A DNA stretch of 25,305 nt from Polyangiales bacterium (GCA_045106895.1 JBGCFM010000213.1:1-25305), one strand, 5' to 3'. Counted from the first letter of the stretch, positions 16,098 through 25,088 are shown. Translations and numbers: made by a program. Notes: generated from the letters alone by a model not told the origin.

Positions 16098-17789
16098 ATG
16101 GCCACCGAAGAAACACCCGGCGACACGTCGCCCGAAGCGCCTCCCGCGGCCGGCGATTGGCGCGCGCAGCTGGAGCAGTGGAAAGAGCGCGCGCTCTCGG
16201 CGTCGCCCATGGCCAAGGTCATCGGACTGACTCTCGTCGGTGTCGCCGCCGCCGGAGTGATGCTCTTTGGCGCGGGTGGCGACACCAGCTACGAGACGCT
16301 CTACTCAAGTCTCAGCGCGGACGACTCATCACGCATCATCGAACGCCTCGGACGCATGGGCGTCCCCTTCGAAGCGGAGGAGGGCGCGATCCTCGTCCCG
16401 GGCAATCAAGTCCACGACGCTCGCATGACGCTCGCGAGTGAAGGCCTGCCAAGCGGCGGTGGCCAAGGTTTCGAGCTCTTCGATGAGCAACGCTTTGGCG
16501 AGAGCGAGTTCACCGAACAAATTCAGTACCACCGCGCCCTAGAAGGTGAGCTCTCCCGTACCATCGGACACCTCGCCGGTGTCGAACGCGCCCGCGTTCA
16601 TCTCGTGCTCCCAGAACGCTCGCTCTTCGTGGAGCGAGATGGGAATGCCAGCGCGAGTATCGTGCTGCACCTCGCCCCGGGCTGGCGCGTCAGCGATGCG
16701 CAGTCCGCAGGCATCATCCACCTCGTCGCCTCGAGCGTTCGAGGCCTCGACCCCGACAGCGTCACCCTCGTCGACGGTGAAGGACGCCCCGTAGGCGACG
16801 GTGGAGAAGACGAGTTGTCCGATTCCATCGCGTACCGGCAGCGCGTGGAGCGCGACCGTGAGCGCTCGCTTCAGAATCTCCTCGACTCAACTCTCGGCGC
16901 CGGGATTGCCCGCGTCGAGGTCTCCGCGGACGTGAACTTTCGCCGGGAAGAGCGCACCGAAGAGCGCTACCTACCGGAGGAGTCTGCAGCCCGCAGTTTC
17001 CAAATCGAAGAAGAACGCGACGCGGCCACCAGTCAGGCCGCCGAAGGAATCCCCGGCGCCGCGTCGAATCTTCCCGGTGGCGCGCCCAACGAAGCGGGGT
17101 CCTCCACCGCTGGCCTTCGCCGACGAAGTGAAACGAGGAACTTCGAAGTCAGCAAGACCGTCCGGCACGCCGTCGAACCCGTCGGCCAGCTCGTTCGTCA
17201 GAGCATCGCGGTCGTCGTCGACGGCACGTGGGAAGGTGAGACCTTCACGCCTCGTAGCGAAGAGGAAATCGCCCGCATCACGGAGATCGCTGAGAGCGCC
17301 GCCGGCATCAACGCGGAGCGCGGCGACTCCCTCACCGTCACATGCGTTCCTTTCTCCCGCACCGACACCGGGCCCGCTGACCCCCTGGCGCTCATCCGCC
17401 CCTACGAACCCTACTTCCCTTACCTCGGATGGCTCCTCGGCCTGTTGTGCGTGCCCGTGGCGATCTTCTTCGCGCGCCGCTGGGCTCGCGAGCGCAAGAA
17501 GGCGAAGGAAGAAGAAGCGAAGCTCGAAGAAGCCAAGAGCGACCCGGACTCCCTTCAGCTCCTGGACCCCAAGGAGATTACCCCGGGAGGTGTTCGCGAG
17601 ATGCTCCTTGGCAGCGGCGACGAGAGCGAAGCGCTCCTCGCAACCGAAGTTCAGAGCATCGCGGCGGAGCTCGCCGCCGAAGACCCGCTCCGAGCCGCGC
17701 GCATTATTCGCTCATGGCTCAGCGCCGACGTGAACGCAGCCGAGAACGCAGCCGAGAACGATGAGAAGAAAGAAGGAGCGGCAGCATGA
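16098..17789 (+). CDS. fliF: MS-ring protein FliF
   Basis: GFELFDEQRFGESEF, YHRALEGELSRTI, ARVHLVLPERSLF, ASASIVL, GIPGAASNLP, NFEVSKT; two TM segments; 563 aa. Confidence 0.97.
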   Translation: MATEETPGDTSPEAPPAAGDWRAQLEQWKERALSASPMAKVIGLTLVGVAAAGVMLFGAGGDTSYETLYSSLSADDSSRIIERLGRMGVPFEAEEGAILVPGNQVHDARMTLASEGLPSGGGQGFELFDEQRFGESEFTEQIQYHRALEGELSRTIGHLAGVERARVHLVLPERSLFVERDGNASASIVLHLAPGWRVSDAQSAGIIHLVASSVRGLDPDSVTLVDGEGRPVGDGGEDELSDSIAYRQRVERDRERSLQNLLDSTLGAGIARVEVSADVNFRREERTEERYLPEESAARSFQIEEERDAATSQAAEGIPGAASNLPGGAPNEAGSSTAGLRRRSETRNFEVSKTVRHAVEPVGQLVRQSIAVVVDGTWEGETFTPRSEEEIARITEIAESAAGINAERGDSLTVTCVPFSRTDTGPADPLALIRPYEPYFPYLGWLLGLLCVPVAIFFARRWARERKKAKEEEAKLEEAKSDPDSLQLLDPKEITPGGVREMLLGSGDESEALLATEVQSIAAELAAEDPLRAARIIRSWLSADVNAAENAAENDEKKEGAAA

Positions 17790-18829
17790 GTGAGCTTTCG
17801 AAACGTGCGAGTTCTCTCCTCGGGGAGCCGAACCTCGACAAGTACAGCGGATCGGACCGTGCCTTTCTCTTCTTGGTCAGCATCGACGAGAGCGTCGCCA
17901 CCAAGATCATCGGTCACCTGCGCAACGAAGAGGTGGAGCTGCTGCGCAGCGCCAGCACGACGGTAGAAGAGGTTGCGCCATCCACTCTCATCGGCGTCTA
18001 CCGCGAGTTCATCCGCGAGATCAAAGACGGCGTCCCCACCAGCTTGGAAGGGAGCGGCGCCTACCTCCGGCGACTCACTGGAAAAGCCTTCGGAGAAGGA
18101 GCCGCGGCACAGATCTGGGAAGGACAACGCGAAGTCGTCGGTCCCGTGGCAGAACTCTCGTCCCTCGATGTCGCCACCGTGCTCCCGCTTCTTGAACGCG
18201 AACATCCTCAGACCCTGGCCGTCATCTTCTCGCTCATGGACCCCGCCCGCGCGGGTGATCTCATCGGGCACTTCGACTCGACGACGCAGTCCGAGGTTGT
18301 ACGACGCATCGCAACGCTCAAGAAGGTGCCGGACTCAGTCGTCCAGCAGATCGAAGAACAGTTCGCCGCCGAACTCGCCACCCTCGGGGACATACGCCAC
18401 ATCGAAGTCGACGGCGTGGAAGCCGCTGCCTCACTCCTGCGACGCCTCGACGGGGAAAAGAGCGAGGAGCTCATCGACGAACTCTCCCTCATCGACCAAG
18501 CCGCCGCCGAGCGCGTCCGCCGGGCGATGTTCACCTTCGAGAATCTTATCCGCGTCGACACTCGCGGCATGCAGCAGCTTCTCAAGGAAGTCGCGACGGA
18601 CCAGCTCGTGTTGGCCATGAAGACCGCGAGCGACGATATGAAGGAGAAGGTCTACGCCAGCGTGTCGTCACGCGCGGCGGCCACCATCGCCGACGAGCTG
18701 GACCTCCTCGGCCCGGTCAAGCTCTCCGATGTCGAAGAGGCGCAGCAGACCATCGTCGCCGTCGCCATGCAGCTAGAGAAGGACGGACGCATTCAGATCG
18801 CACGAGATGGAGCCAGCGACCTTGTCTAG
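17786..18829 (+). CDS. fliG: Rotor/switch protein FliG
   Basis: EHPQ motif, MFTFE motif, SSRAAATIADEL torque helix, GPVKLSDVEEAQQTIV. Confidence 0.97.
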   Translation: MSELSKRASSLLGEPNLDKYSGSDRAFLFLVSIDESVATKIIGHLRNEEVELLRSASTTVEEVAPSTLIGVYREFIREIKDGVPTSLEGSGAYLRRLTGKAFGEGAAAQIWEGQREVVGPVAELSSLDVATVLPLLEREHPQTLAVIFSLMDPARAGDLIGHFDSTTQSEVVRRIATLKKVPDSVVQQIEEQFAAELATLGDIRHIEVDGVEAAASLLRRLDGEKSEELIDELSLIDQAAAERVRRAMFTFENLIRVDTRGMQQLLKEVATDQLVLAMKTASDDMKEKVYASVSSRAAATIADELDLLGPVKLSDVEEAQQTIVAVAMQLEKDGRIQIARDGASDLV

Positions 18830-19490
18830 CGATAGCGCAGCCGATGGAGTCCGTCTCCACGTGTTCCCGGAACACCGCGCTCAAGCGCGAGATCTCCCGA
18901 AGTGGATGCAGCAATCCCGTGGGTCCGTCGAACCGGTTCGTTTTGGTGAGGAGCGGCAAGCCCGCCGAGACCCCCAGCCACCTCAGGGCGAAGCGAAGGT
19001 TGAGAACGTCCGCGTCGATCCCCTCGCTGAAGCACGAGCCGCGCTGGACGAGCAGTATCAGGCGCTCGAGTCGGACAAGGCCGCCATCGATGCTGTGAAG
19101 GCCGAACTCGAAGCCGAACGAGCCGCCCTCGCCGACGCCGCTGCAGCGCTCAGCGCCGCGCGCGCGGATGCTCAGAAAGCGAACACGGATCAGCTCGCTG
19201 AGATCGCTCTCGCGGTCATACGTGTGATTATCACGGACGCCTTCAGCGAGGCGCCAGAGCGCGCCAACGCGTTGGCCGAGGCGGCGCTAGAGCCAGACGC
19301 GGAAGGTACATTGCGAGTGGGTCCTGCCCTCCACATCGCGCTCCTCGAATCAGGCGTTGCCTCAAGCGCTGTGCTCGACGCGTCTCTCGCACCCTACGCT
19401 TGCATTGCGGAATCCCCATCGCGGCGCGTCATCGCTGGCCTTGAAGACCGGCTCGGCGAAGTCCTAAGGGCGCTCAAGGAGGCCACATGA
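18807..19490 (+). CDS. fliH: FliH/SctL-like ATPase stator protein (divergent)
   Basis: Lies between fliG and fliI; central Ala/Glu-rich coiled coil; C-terminal LDASLAPYACIAESPSRRVIAGLEDRL resembles the FliH C-terminal pattern. An in-frame TTG at 18822 is an alternative start. Confidence 0.7.
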   Translation: MEPATLSSDSAADGVRLHVFPEHRAQARDLPKWMQQSRGSVEPVRFGEERQARRDPQPPQGEAKVENVRVDPLAEARAALDEQYQALESDKAAIDAVKAELEAERAALADAAAALSAARADAQKANTDQLAEIALAVIRVIITDAFSEAPERANALAEAALEPDAEGTLRVGPALHIALLESGVASSAVLDASLAPYACIAESPSRRVIAGLEDRLGEVLRALKEAT

Positions 19491-20770
19491 GCCTCGCGTC
19501 TCTCGCCGCCGCCGCGGCTGCGCCCATCATCGAAGGCCGGCTCGTGGAGGCCCTCGGCCTCGTCCTCGAAGCCGAGGGTTGCCACGCTGCCGTTGGGGAC
19601 CGTTTCGAGGTCGTGCAGGACGACGAGCGAGTGCTCGCGGAGGTCGTCGGCATGCGCGGGAGACGAACCCTGCTCATGCCCCTCGGCAGCACGACGGGCC
19701 TGCGCATAGGCTCGGCACTCCGACGCCGGAATGGGGGCGCATCCATCGGAGTCGGCGACTCCCTCCTCGGCCGGGTACTCGACGGGCTCGGACGCCCCCT
19801 CGACGGAAAACCTGCACCCGCGACGACGGCGCGCTGGCCACTAGAGGCCCCTCCAAGTCATCCGCTCCTTCGTCGCCCCGTGGACTTGCCACTCGCCACA
19901 GGAATCCCCGCGATGGACTCGCTCCTCACCCTGGGCGTTGGACAACGCATCGGCATCTTCGCCGGCGGCGGCGTAGGCAAGAGCACCCTCCTCGCGAGCA
20001 TGGTCGAGCGCGCCGCTTGTGACGTCTGCGTCGTCGCGCTCATCGGCGAACGAGGCCGCGAGGTCGAAGAATGGGTCCACCGTACGCTCGGAGAAGAGGG
20101 CCTAAAGCGCAGTGTTGTCGTGGCGGCGACGAGCGCAGACCCGCCCCTAGTCCGAGCTCGTGGAGCACTTCATGCCACAGCTGTCGCCGAGAGCTTTCGC
20201 GCCCAAGGCAAGAAGGTCTTGCTCGTGATGGACAGCGTCACACGCTTCGCGATGGCGCTGCGCGAAGTCGGCCTTGCCCGTGGCGAAGCGCCGGCGACAA
20301 AGGGATACCCGCCTAGCGTCTTCGCCGCCCTCCCCGCGCTCATGGAACGCGCCGGAACGTGCGACGGTCCTGGGTCCATCACCGGCGTCTACACCGTCCT
20401 CGTGGAAGGCGACGACCTCGGAGACCCCATCGCCGACGCCGCGCGCGCGATCCTCGACGGACACATCGTCCTCGATCGCGAGCTCGCGGAACGTGGTTGG
20501 TACCCCGCGATCAATGTCGGGCAGTCCATTTCCCGCGTCATGAGCGCCGTCGTGTCACCGAAGCACGCGCAGCTCGCCCGGGAGGCGCGGGGAGTGCTCG
20601 CATCCGCCGCCGAAGCCGAGGACCTGCGCTCTCTCGGCGCGTACAGCGAGGGAACCAACGAGCGCTTCGACCGGGCCCTCGCGCGCATGCCTGCCCTCAG
20701 CACGCTTCTGCGCGCAAACCCAGGGTCCGTGCCCGATGTTCTTTCATCCCTTGAGGAGGCCCTCTCGTGA
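19487..20770 (+). CDS. fliI: Flagellar export ATPase FliI
   Basis: Walker A AGGGVGKST, ALIGERGREV, Walker B LLVMDSVTRFAMA, KGYPPSVF, ILDGHIVL. Confidence 0.98.
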   Translation: MSLASLAAAAAAPIIEGRLVEALGLVLEAEGCHAAVGDRFEVVQDDERVLAEVVGMRGRRTLLMPLGSTTGLRIGSALRRRNGGASIGVGDSLLGRVLDGLGRPLDGKPAPATTARWPLEAPPSHPLLRRPVDLPLATGIPAMDSLLTLGVGQRIGIFAGGGVGKSTLLASMVERAACDVCVVALIGERGREVEEWVHRTLGEEGLKRSVVVAATSADPPLVRARGALHATAVAESFRAQGKKVLLVMDSVTRFAMALREVGLARGEAPATKGYPPSVFAALPALMERAGTCDGPGSITGVYTVLVEGDDLGDPIADAARAILDGHIVLDRELAERGWYPAINVGQSISRVMSAVVSPKHAQLAREARGVLASAAEAEDLRSLGAYSEGTNERFDRALARMPALSTLLRANPGSVPDVLSSLEEALS

Positions 20771-21213
20771 AGTCCCGACAAGCGAAACGCATCCGCGCCA
20801 TGCGGGAGCGCATGGAAAAGGTCGCCGGTGGTCGCGTGGCCGAAGCCGGCAAGCGCATACAGATTATTGATAAACAGAAGTCCGCGCTCGAGGACGAGAT
20901 GCTCGAGCTGCAGGCGCAAACGCAGGCGGCGCCCCAGGCAAGCGGCGAACAACTCTTCATCGCTGCGTCGACGCTTGAGAAGGCGCGACAGCGAGTGCGT
21001 GAACTTAGCGCCAAACGAGATGACGCGGCGGTGCACCTCCTGAGCGTTGAGTCAGAGCTCCACGATGCACGGCGGGCAACCGAAATGGCGGATCGTCTCT
21101 GCTCAAAGCTACGCGCCGCCGACGATGCACGTCGAGAAAAGCTGGACCGTGAGCTCAGCGATGACGCCGGGGCTCGTATTTCGGCACAGAGCAAACGAGG
21201 AGACACCGAATGA
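20767..21213 (+). CDS. fliJ: FliJ-like export stalk protein (148 aa)
   Basis: All-helical, charged coiled-coil protein of FliJ size; GTGA-coupled to fliI; assigned mainly on synteny. Confidence 0.75.
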   Translation: MKSRQAKRIRAMRERMEKVAGGRVAEAGKRIQIIDKQKSALEDEMLELQAQTQAAPQASGEQLFIAASTLEKARQRVRELSAKRDDAAVHLLSVESELHDARRATEMADRLCSKLRAADDARREKLDRELSDDAGARISAQSKRGDTE

Positions 21214-22943
21214 ACCCGACGACCTTCACCCTCGGTGGCCCGACATTGGAGCCCACGCGTGAGACCGAAGGCTCCGATGTCTCGCCGGCGGACGCGGCGG
21301 CGTTCCTGGCGACACTGGCCACCGCGATGCACGCTCTTTCGCAGCCCCCTGTGGAGGCGCGCAACATCGACGCGCTCGACGGATCGCAACCCGAGAGTTC
21401 CGACGCGGGCGCAGAGATGCTCCTAGAAGAGGCCGGCACCGGCGCCCCCTCACCGAGCGCCCAAGAGAGCAGCGTGGCTCCACTTCGCTTCGGTTCACAA
21501 GCGGCGATGGGCGAGTATATCGCGCCCGCGCTGCTTCTTCCGAGTCGCGCGCCAGAGCTCTCGGCGCCAAGCACTCTCGGGGCGGTTCAAGTTTCCGGCG
21601 CCTCCCTCACTCCAGAAGTATCGGACTTTTCCGCCTCGGGGCCCCTCGACGCATCCCGCGACACCCACCCGGCACCCTCGGCGCTCTTGAACTCTGTGAC
21701 GCCGGGAATCGACGTCGGGGGAACCGAACCCGCGATGCCCGCTCTGGCGAGCTCCCAGACCGCGCCCGCAGCCGCGATTCCCGCAACGGCGGCTCCCTCA
21801 CCCATCCGTCCGACACCCGCGATTTCCGAAACGGCGACTCCCGCAACGGCGACCCCGGCAACGACAAGTCCCACTGCCGCGCTTCCCACAACGGCGACCC
21901 CGGCAACGACGAGTCCCACTGCCGCGCTTCCCACAACGACAAGCGTCCCAACGACGACGCCCGTCGTCACTCCCGCAGCGATAGGTTCCGGCGCGGATAT
22001 CGCACCCGCGTCAAGCGCAGCCGCGGAAAACGCAGCCGCGACTCCCGCAGCAACGACAAACGCAGACACGCGTCCATCACCGAAAGGCGACCTATCCGAC
22101 GCCCTCCTTCGTGACCTGCCGCCAGCAACGGCGGAGCCCCACAGCTCTTCTACAAAGACAACGGCACCGAAGAGCGTCGCGGACGTTGCACACGCACCGC
22201 TCCAGGAGCCGCGCCCAGCTGCACTTGTGAACGACCAACGCGCCCCAACGAAGTCGCACCTCTTCGAGTCCCCCCAGGCCCACGACGAAAGCACATCCCC
22301 CCTCCGCGAAGCAGCCGGCGACATTCCACGGGACTCTACCAAAGCCGAAGTGCACCGAGCTGCTCGCCTGCACAGCAGCCCCTCCGCAGACCACTCCCCG
22401 CGCTCCCACAACACGAGCGATGAGGCCTATGTTCCAGAAGCCGTGGAGCTCGCCGCGCTGAACCCCGAGCGCACGGAGGATGCGGAGAGCGCACCGCAGG
22501 AGCACGGGGCGAAGGGCTCTGCTCTCTCCGAAGCTCGCCCGGCAGCTGTGAACCCGGACACGTCACCGACAACGACATCGTCCCCTGCCCAGAGCATGCC
22601 GGAAGCCCGGCCGTCTTCTTCCAGCCGACTCCTCGAGCATCTTCGCGCCTCTTTTCCCTCCGCGGAAGTGCGCATCTCCGAAGGGCGCGCCGGAGAGACC
22701 CACGTCTCGATGAATCACCCAGACTTCGGCGCCATCGAACTCAACCTGCAGATGACCAAGGGCGGTATCGACATCGCCGCACGCGTCGACGGGGCCATCG
22801 CCGCCAGCTTGCTTCGACGCAGCGAGACCTCGCTGCGCAAGACCATTCACCGCCGGGGTCTTTCCCTGGGACGGCTTCGTGTTGAACGAAACCAAAGACA
22901 CCCCTCGCGGCGCTCAAAGCGCGGCATCGACCTGGAGGCCTAA
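21210..22943 (+). CDS. fliK: Hook-length control protein FliK (577 aa)
   Basis: Long Ala/Pro/Thr/Ser-rich region; C-terminal T3S4 domain VSMNHPDFGAIELNL...LRKTIHRRGLSLGRLRV; ends GIDLEA; directly upstream of flgD. Confidence 0.88.
   Translation: MNPTTFTLGGPTLEPTRETEGSDVSPADAAAFLATLATAMHALSQPPVEARNIDALDGSQPESSDAGAEMLLEEAGTGAPSPSAQESSVAPLRFGSQAAMGEYIAPALLLPSRAPELSAPSTLGAVQVSGASLTPEVSDFSASGPLDASRDTHPAPSALLNSVTPGIDVGGTEPAMPALASSQTAPAAAIPATAAPSPIRPTPAISETATPATATPATTSPTAALPTTATPATTSPTAALPTTTSVPTTTPVVTPAAIGSGADIAPASSAAAENAAATPAATTNADTRPSPKGDLSDALLRDLPPATAEPHSSSTKTTAPKSVADVAHAPLQEPRPAALVNDQRAPTKSHLFESPQAHDESTSPLREAAGDIPRDSTKAEVHRAARLHSSPSADHSPRSHNTSDEAYVPEAVELAALNPERTEDAESAPQEHGAKGSALSEARPAAVNPDTSPTTTSSPAQSMPEARPSSSSRLLEHLRASFPSAEVRISEGRAGETHVSMNHPDFGAIELNLQMTKGGIDIAARVDGAIAASLLRRSETSLRKTIHRRGLSLGRLRVERNQRHPSRRSKRGIDLEA
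21844..21938 (+). repeat. 45-bp tandem duplication inside fliK
   Basis: 21844-21888 and 21889-21933 match at 44 of 45 nt (one synonymous ACA/ACG difference) and encode TATPATTSPTAALPT twice. Confidence 0.92.
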
Positions 22944-22946
22944 GAA

Positions 22947-23612
22947 ATGAACATCAACCCAAACGCCCTCGCGGGGCCTCAAGCCAGTCAGAGGCGCGAA
23001 CAAGAACAAGCACAAGGCCAGCTCGGGAGGGACGACTTCATGAAGCTCCTCGTGACCCAGTTGCAAAACCAAGATCCGCTGGACCCGATGAAGTCCGAGC
23101 AGATGGTCACCCAGCTCAGCGAGCTGACAAGCGTCGAGGAACTCGTGGCCATCGAAGGTCGCATGCAGGCCCTCGAAGTCGGCATGGGAAGCCTCGCCAA
23201 CACGCAGGTCATCTCCCTTGTCGGCAAGACCATCGTTGCGGACGGTTCGTCCCTTCGCCTGAGCGGCGACGGCCCCGTTGAATCGAGTCTAACCCTTGAT
23301 GCGCCGGCGGAGAACGTCACCGTCGAGCTCAAGAACGCCGCCGGCGATGTCGTGCGAACGCTGGAGCTCGGAGCCGGCTCCCTCGGCCCCATGAACTTCA
23401 CCTGGGATGGCCTCGACGACGATGGCAACGAGCTTCCGCCGGGCCGTTACGAGGTGACGGCGAGCGCGACGAACGCCGACGGGCAGCCCGTGGGTGTCGA
23501 TACTGAGATGCGCGGAACCGTCGAGTCCGTCGGATACGACGACGGCTACCCCGAGCTGGTCGTCAACGGACGGCGAATCCTCCTGGGCGACGTCCGCGCC
23601 GTCGAAAACTAG
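22947..23612 (+). CDS. flgD: Hook-capping protein FlgD
   Basis: DDFMKLLVTQLQNQDPLDPM, FTWDGLDDDGNELPPGRY. Confidence 0.97.
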   Translation: MNINPNALAGPQASQRREQEQAQGQLGRDDFMKLLVTQLQNQDPLDPMKSEQMVTQLSELTSVEELVAIEGRMQALEVGMGSLANTQVISLVGKTIVADGSSLRLSGDGPVESSLTLDAPAENVTVELKNAAGDVVRTLELGAGSLGPMNFTWDGLDDDGNELPPGRYEVTASATNADGQPVGVDTEMRGTVESVGYDDGYPELVVNGRRILLGDVRAVEN

Positions 23613-23675
23613 AGCCGTCCGAAAAGTTCACTTGAGAAAAGTAAAGATCCACCCGCAAAGACCGAAGGAACAAAC

Positions 23676-24968
23676 ATGAGCATCATGCGATCAATGAACA
23701 CAGGTGCCGCAGGGCTTCGTGCCCACGGCGAAGCGATGGGCACCACCAGCGACAACATCGCCAACACCAACACCGTTGGTTTCAAGCGACAGCGCGCCAT
23801 CTTCCAGGACGTCCTCGGACGCTCCATTGGCGGAGGTGCACAGCCGGCAGCTGGCGCAGGCAGCCGCGTCGGACACATCCAGCAGATGTGGTCTCAAGGT
23901 GCGCTCCTTACCACGGACGCTCCGACGGACCTCGCGCTCTCCGGCGAAGGCTTCTTTGTCGTCGACGGCAACACCGGAGGCGCCGACGGACGTTTCTTTA
24001 CCCGCGCAGGTCAGTTCGTCATCAACAACGAAGGCATGCTCGCAAACCCCGACGGCCTCCGGCTTCAGGGCTACACCGCCGCCGCCGACGGCACGATGGG
24101 TGGCGACCTCGGTGACCTCCAGGTCTCCGGACAGACCTTGCCAGCGAACCCGACGGCGTCCATCGAGCTATCGGTTCAGCTCGACTCCGAAGTACCGATC
24201 CCCGCCGTTCCCTTCGACCCTCTTGATCCCGCCGGCACCAGCAACTTCTCTACGTCGATGACCACGTACGACTCCTTGGGCAACGCCCATGAGACGAGCG
24301 TCTACTACGCAAAGACGGGCCCACAAACGTGGGACTGGCACGCGATGGTCGACGGCGCCGAAGTGGTCGGTGGAACTCCGGGCGTTCCTTTCCAAGGCGC
24401 CAATGGAACCGTCACCTTCGATGCCACCGGTGCCCTCGCCACGGAAACACCGGGCGCTTCTTCTTGGGACTTCGTGGATGCCGTCGCCGGCCAAGCCATC
24501 GACTTCGACTTTGGCGAGTCCATCGCCGAGGGCGGTACAGGCCTCACCGGCAGCACCGCCTTTGCCTCTCCCACAACGACCACCGGCCTCTTCCAGGACG
24601 GGTACGGCTCGGGAACTGTGGCGGGTCTCTCCGTCGCCGGCGACGGGACCGTGGAGGGCGTCTTCAGCAACGGGCAACGGCGCGTCATCGCCCAGGTCGC
24701 CGTCGCCGACTTCGCCAGCATCGATGGCCTGGAGCGCGGAGGCAACAACCTCTGGGTCGAGTCTCGCGACAGTGGCCAGGCCCTCATCGCCGGCGCTGGT
24801 ACCGGAGGTCGCGGCAGCGTGGTCTCCGGCGCCCTCGAGCAGAGCACCGTGGACCTTGGACAAGAGTTCGTGGACCTCATCGGTGTCCAGCGCGGATTCC
24901 AGGCAAACTCGCGCATCATCACCACCGCCGACGAAATGTACGGTGAGCTCATCAACCTGAAGCGATAG
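23676..24968 (+). CDS. flgE: Flagellar hook protein FlgE
   Basis: SDNIANTNTVGFK, FTRAGQF, YDSLGNAH, QDGYGSG, LEQSTVDLGQEFVDLIGVQRGFQANSRIITTADEM; 430 aa. Confidence 0.97.
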   Translation: MSIMRSMNTGAAGLRAHGEAMGTTSDNIANTNTVGFKRQRAIFQDVLGRSIGGGAQPAAGAGSRVGHIQQMWSQGALLTTDAPTDLALSGEGFFVVDGNTGGADGRFFTRAGQFVINNEGMLANPDGLRLQGYTAAADGTMGGDLGDLQVSGQTLPANPTASIELSVQLDSEVPIPAVPFDPLDPAGTSNFSTSMTTYDSLGNAHETSVYYAKTGPQTWDWHAMVDGAEVVGGTPGVPFQGANGTVTFDATGALATETPGASSWDFVDAVAGQAIDFDFGESIAEGGTGLTGSTAFASPTTTTGLFQDGYGSGTVAGLSVAGDGTVEGVFSNGQRRVIAQVAVADFASIDGLERGGNNLWVESRDSGQALIAGAGTGGRGSVVSGALEQSTVDLGQEFVDLIGVQRGFQANSRIITTADEMYGELINLKR

Positions 24969-25006
24969 TCGCCGAGAGCGATCCGAGTCCTAAGAAGATG
25001 GGACGG

Positions 25007-25049
25007 AACGAAAAAGCCCACGCTCTCCAAAGCGTGGGCTTCTCGTTTT
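25007..25049. terminator. Probable bidirectional intrinsic terminator
   Basis: 11-bp stem AAGCCCACGCT (25014-25024) / AGCGTGGGCTT (25031-25041) with a 6-nt loop; A-run on the left, T-rich tail on the right; lies between convergent genes. Confidence 0.85.
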
Positions 25050-25088
25050 AAGCGTCGCGACCAAACGGCCGCGATGCCTGCACCGAAA

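Noticed and set aside
17732..17760. 12-bp tandem repeat at the fliF 3' end (NAAE x2)
   Set aside because: Real, but a short in-frame slippage in a variable tail with no evident significance.
6609..20770. Non-flagellar type III secretion system (injectisome)
   Set aside because: Rod, hook, FliE, FlgD, FliL, FliM, FlhF/G and FliA genes are flagellum-specific; there is no secretin or needle gene, and FliF is full-length with two TM segments.
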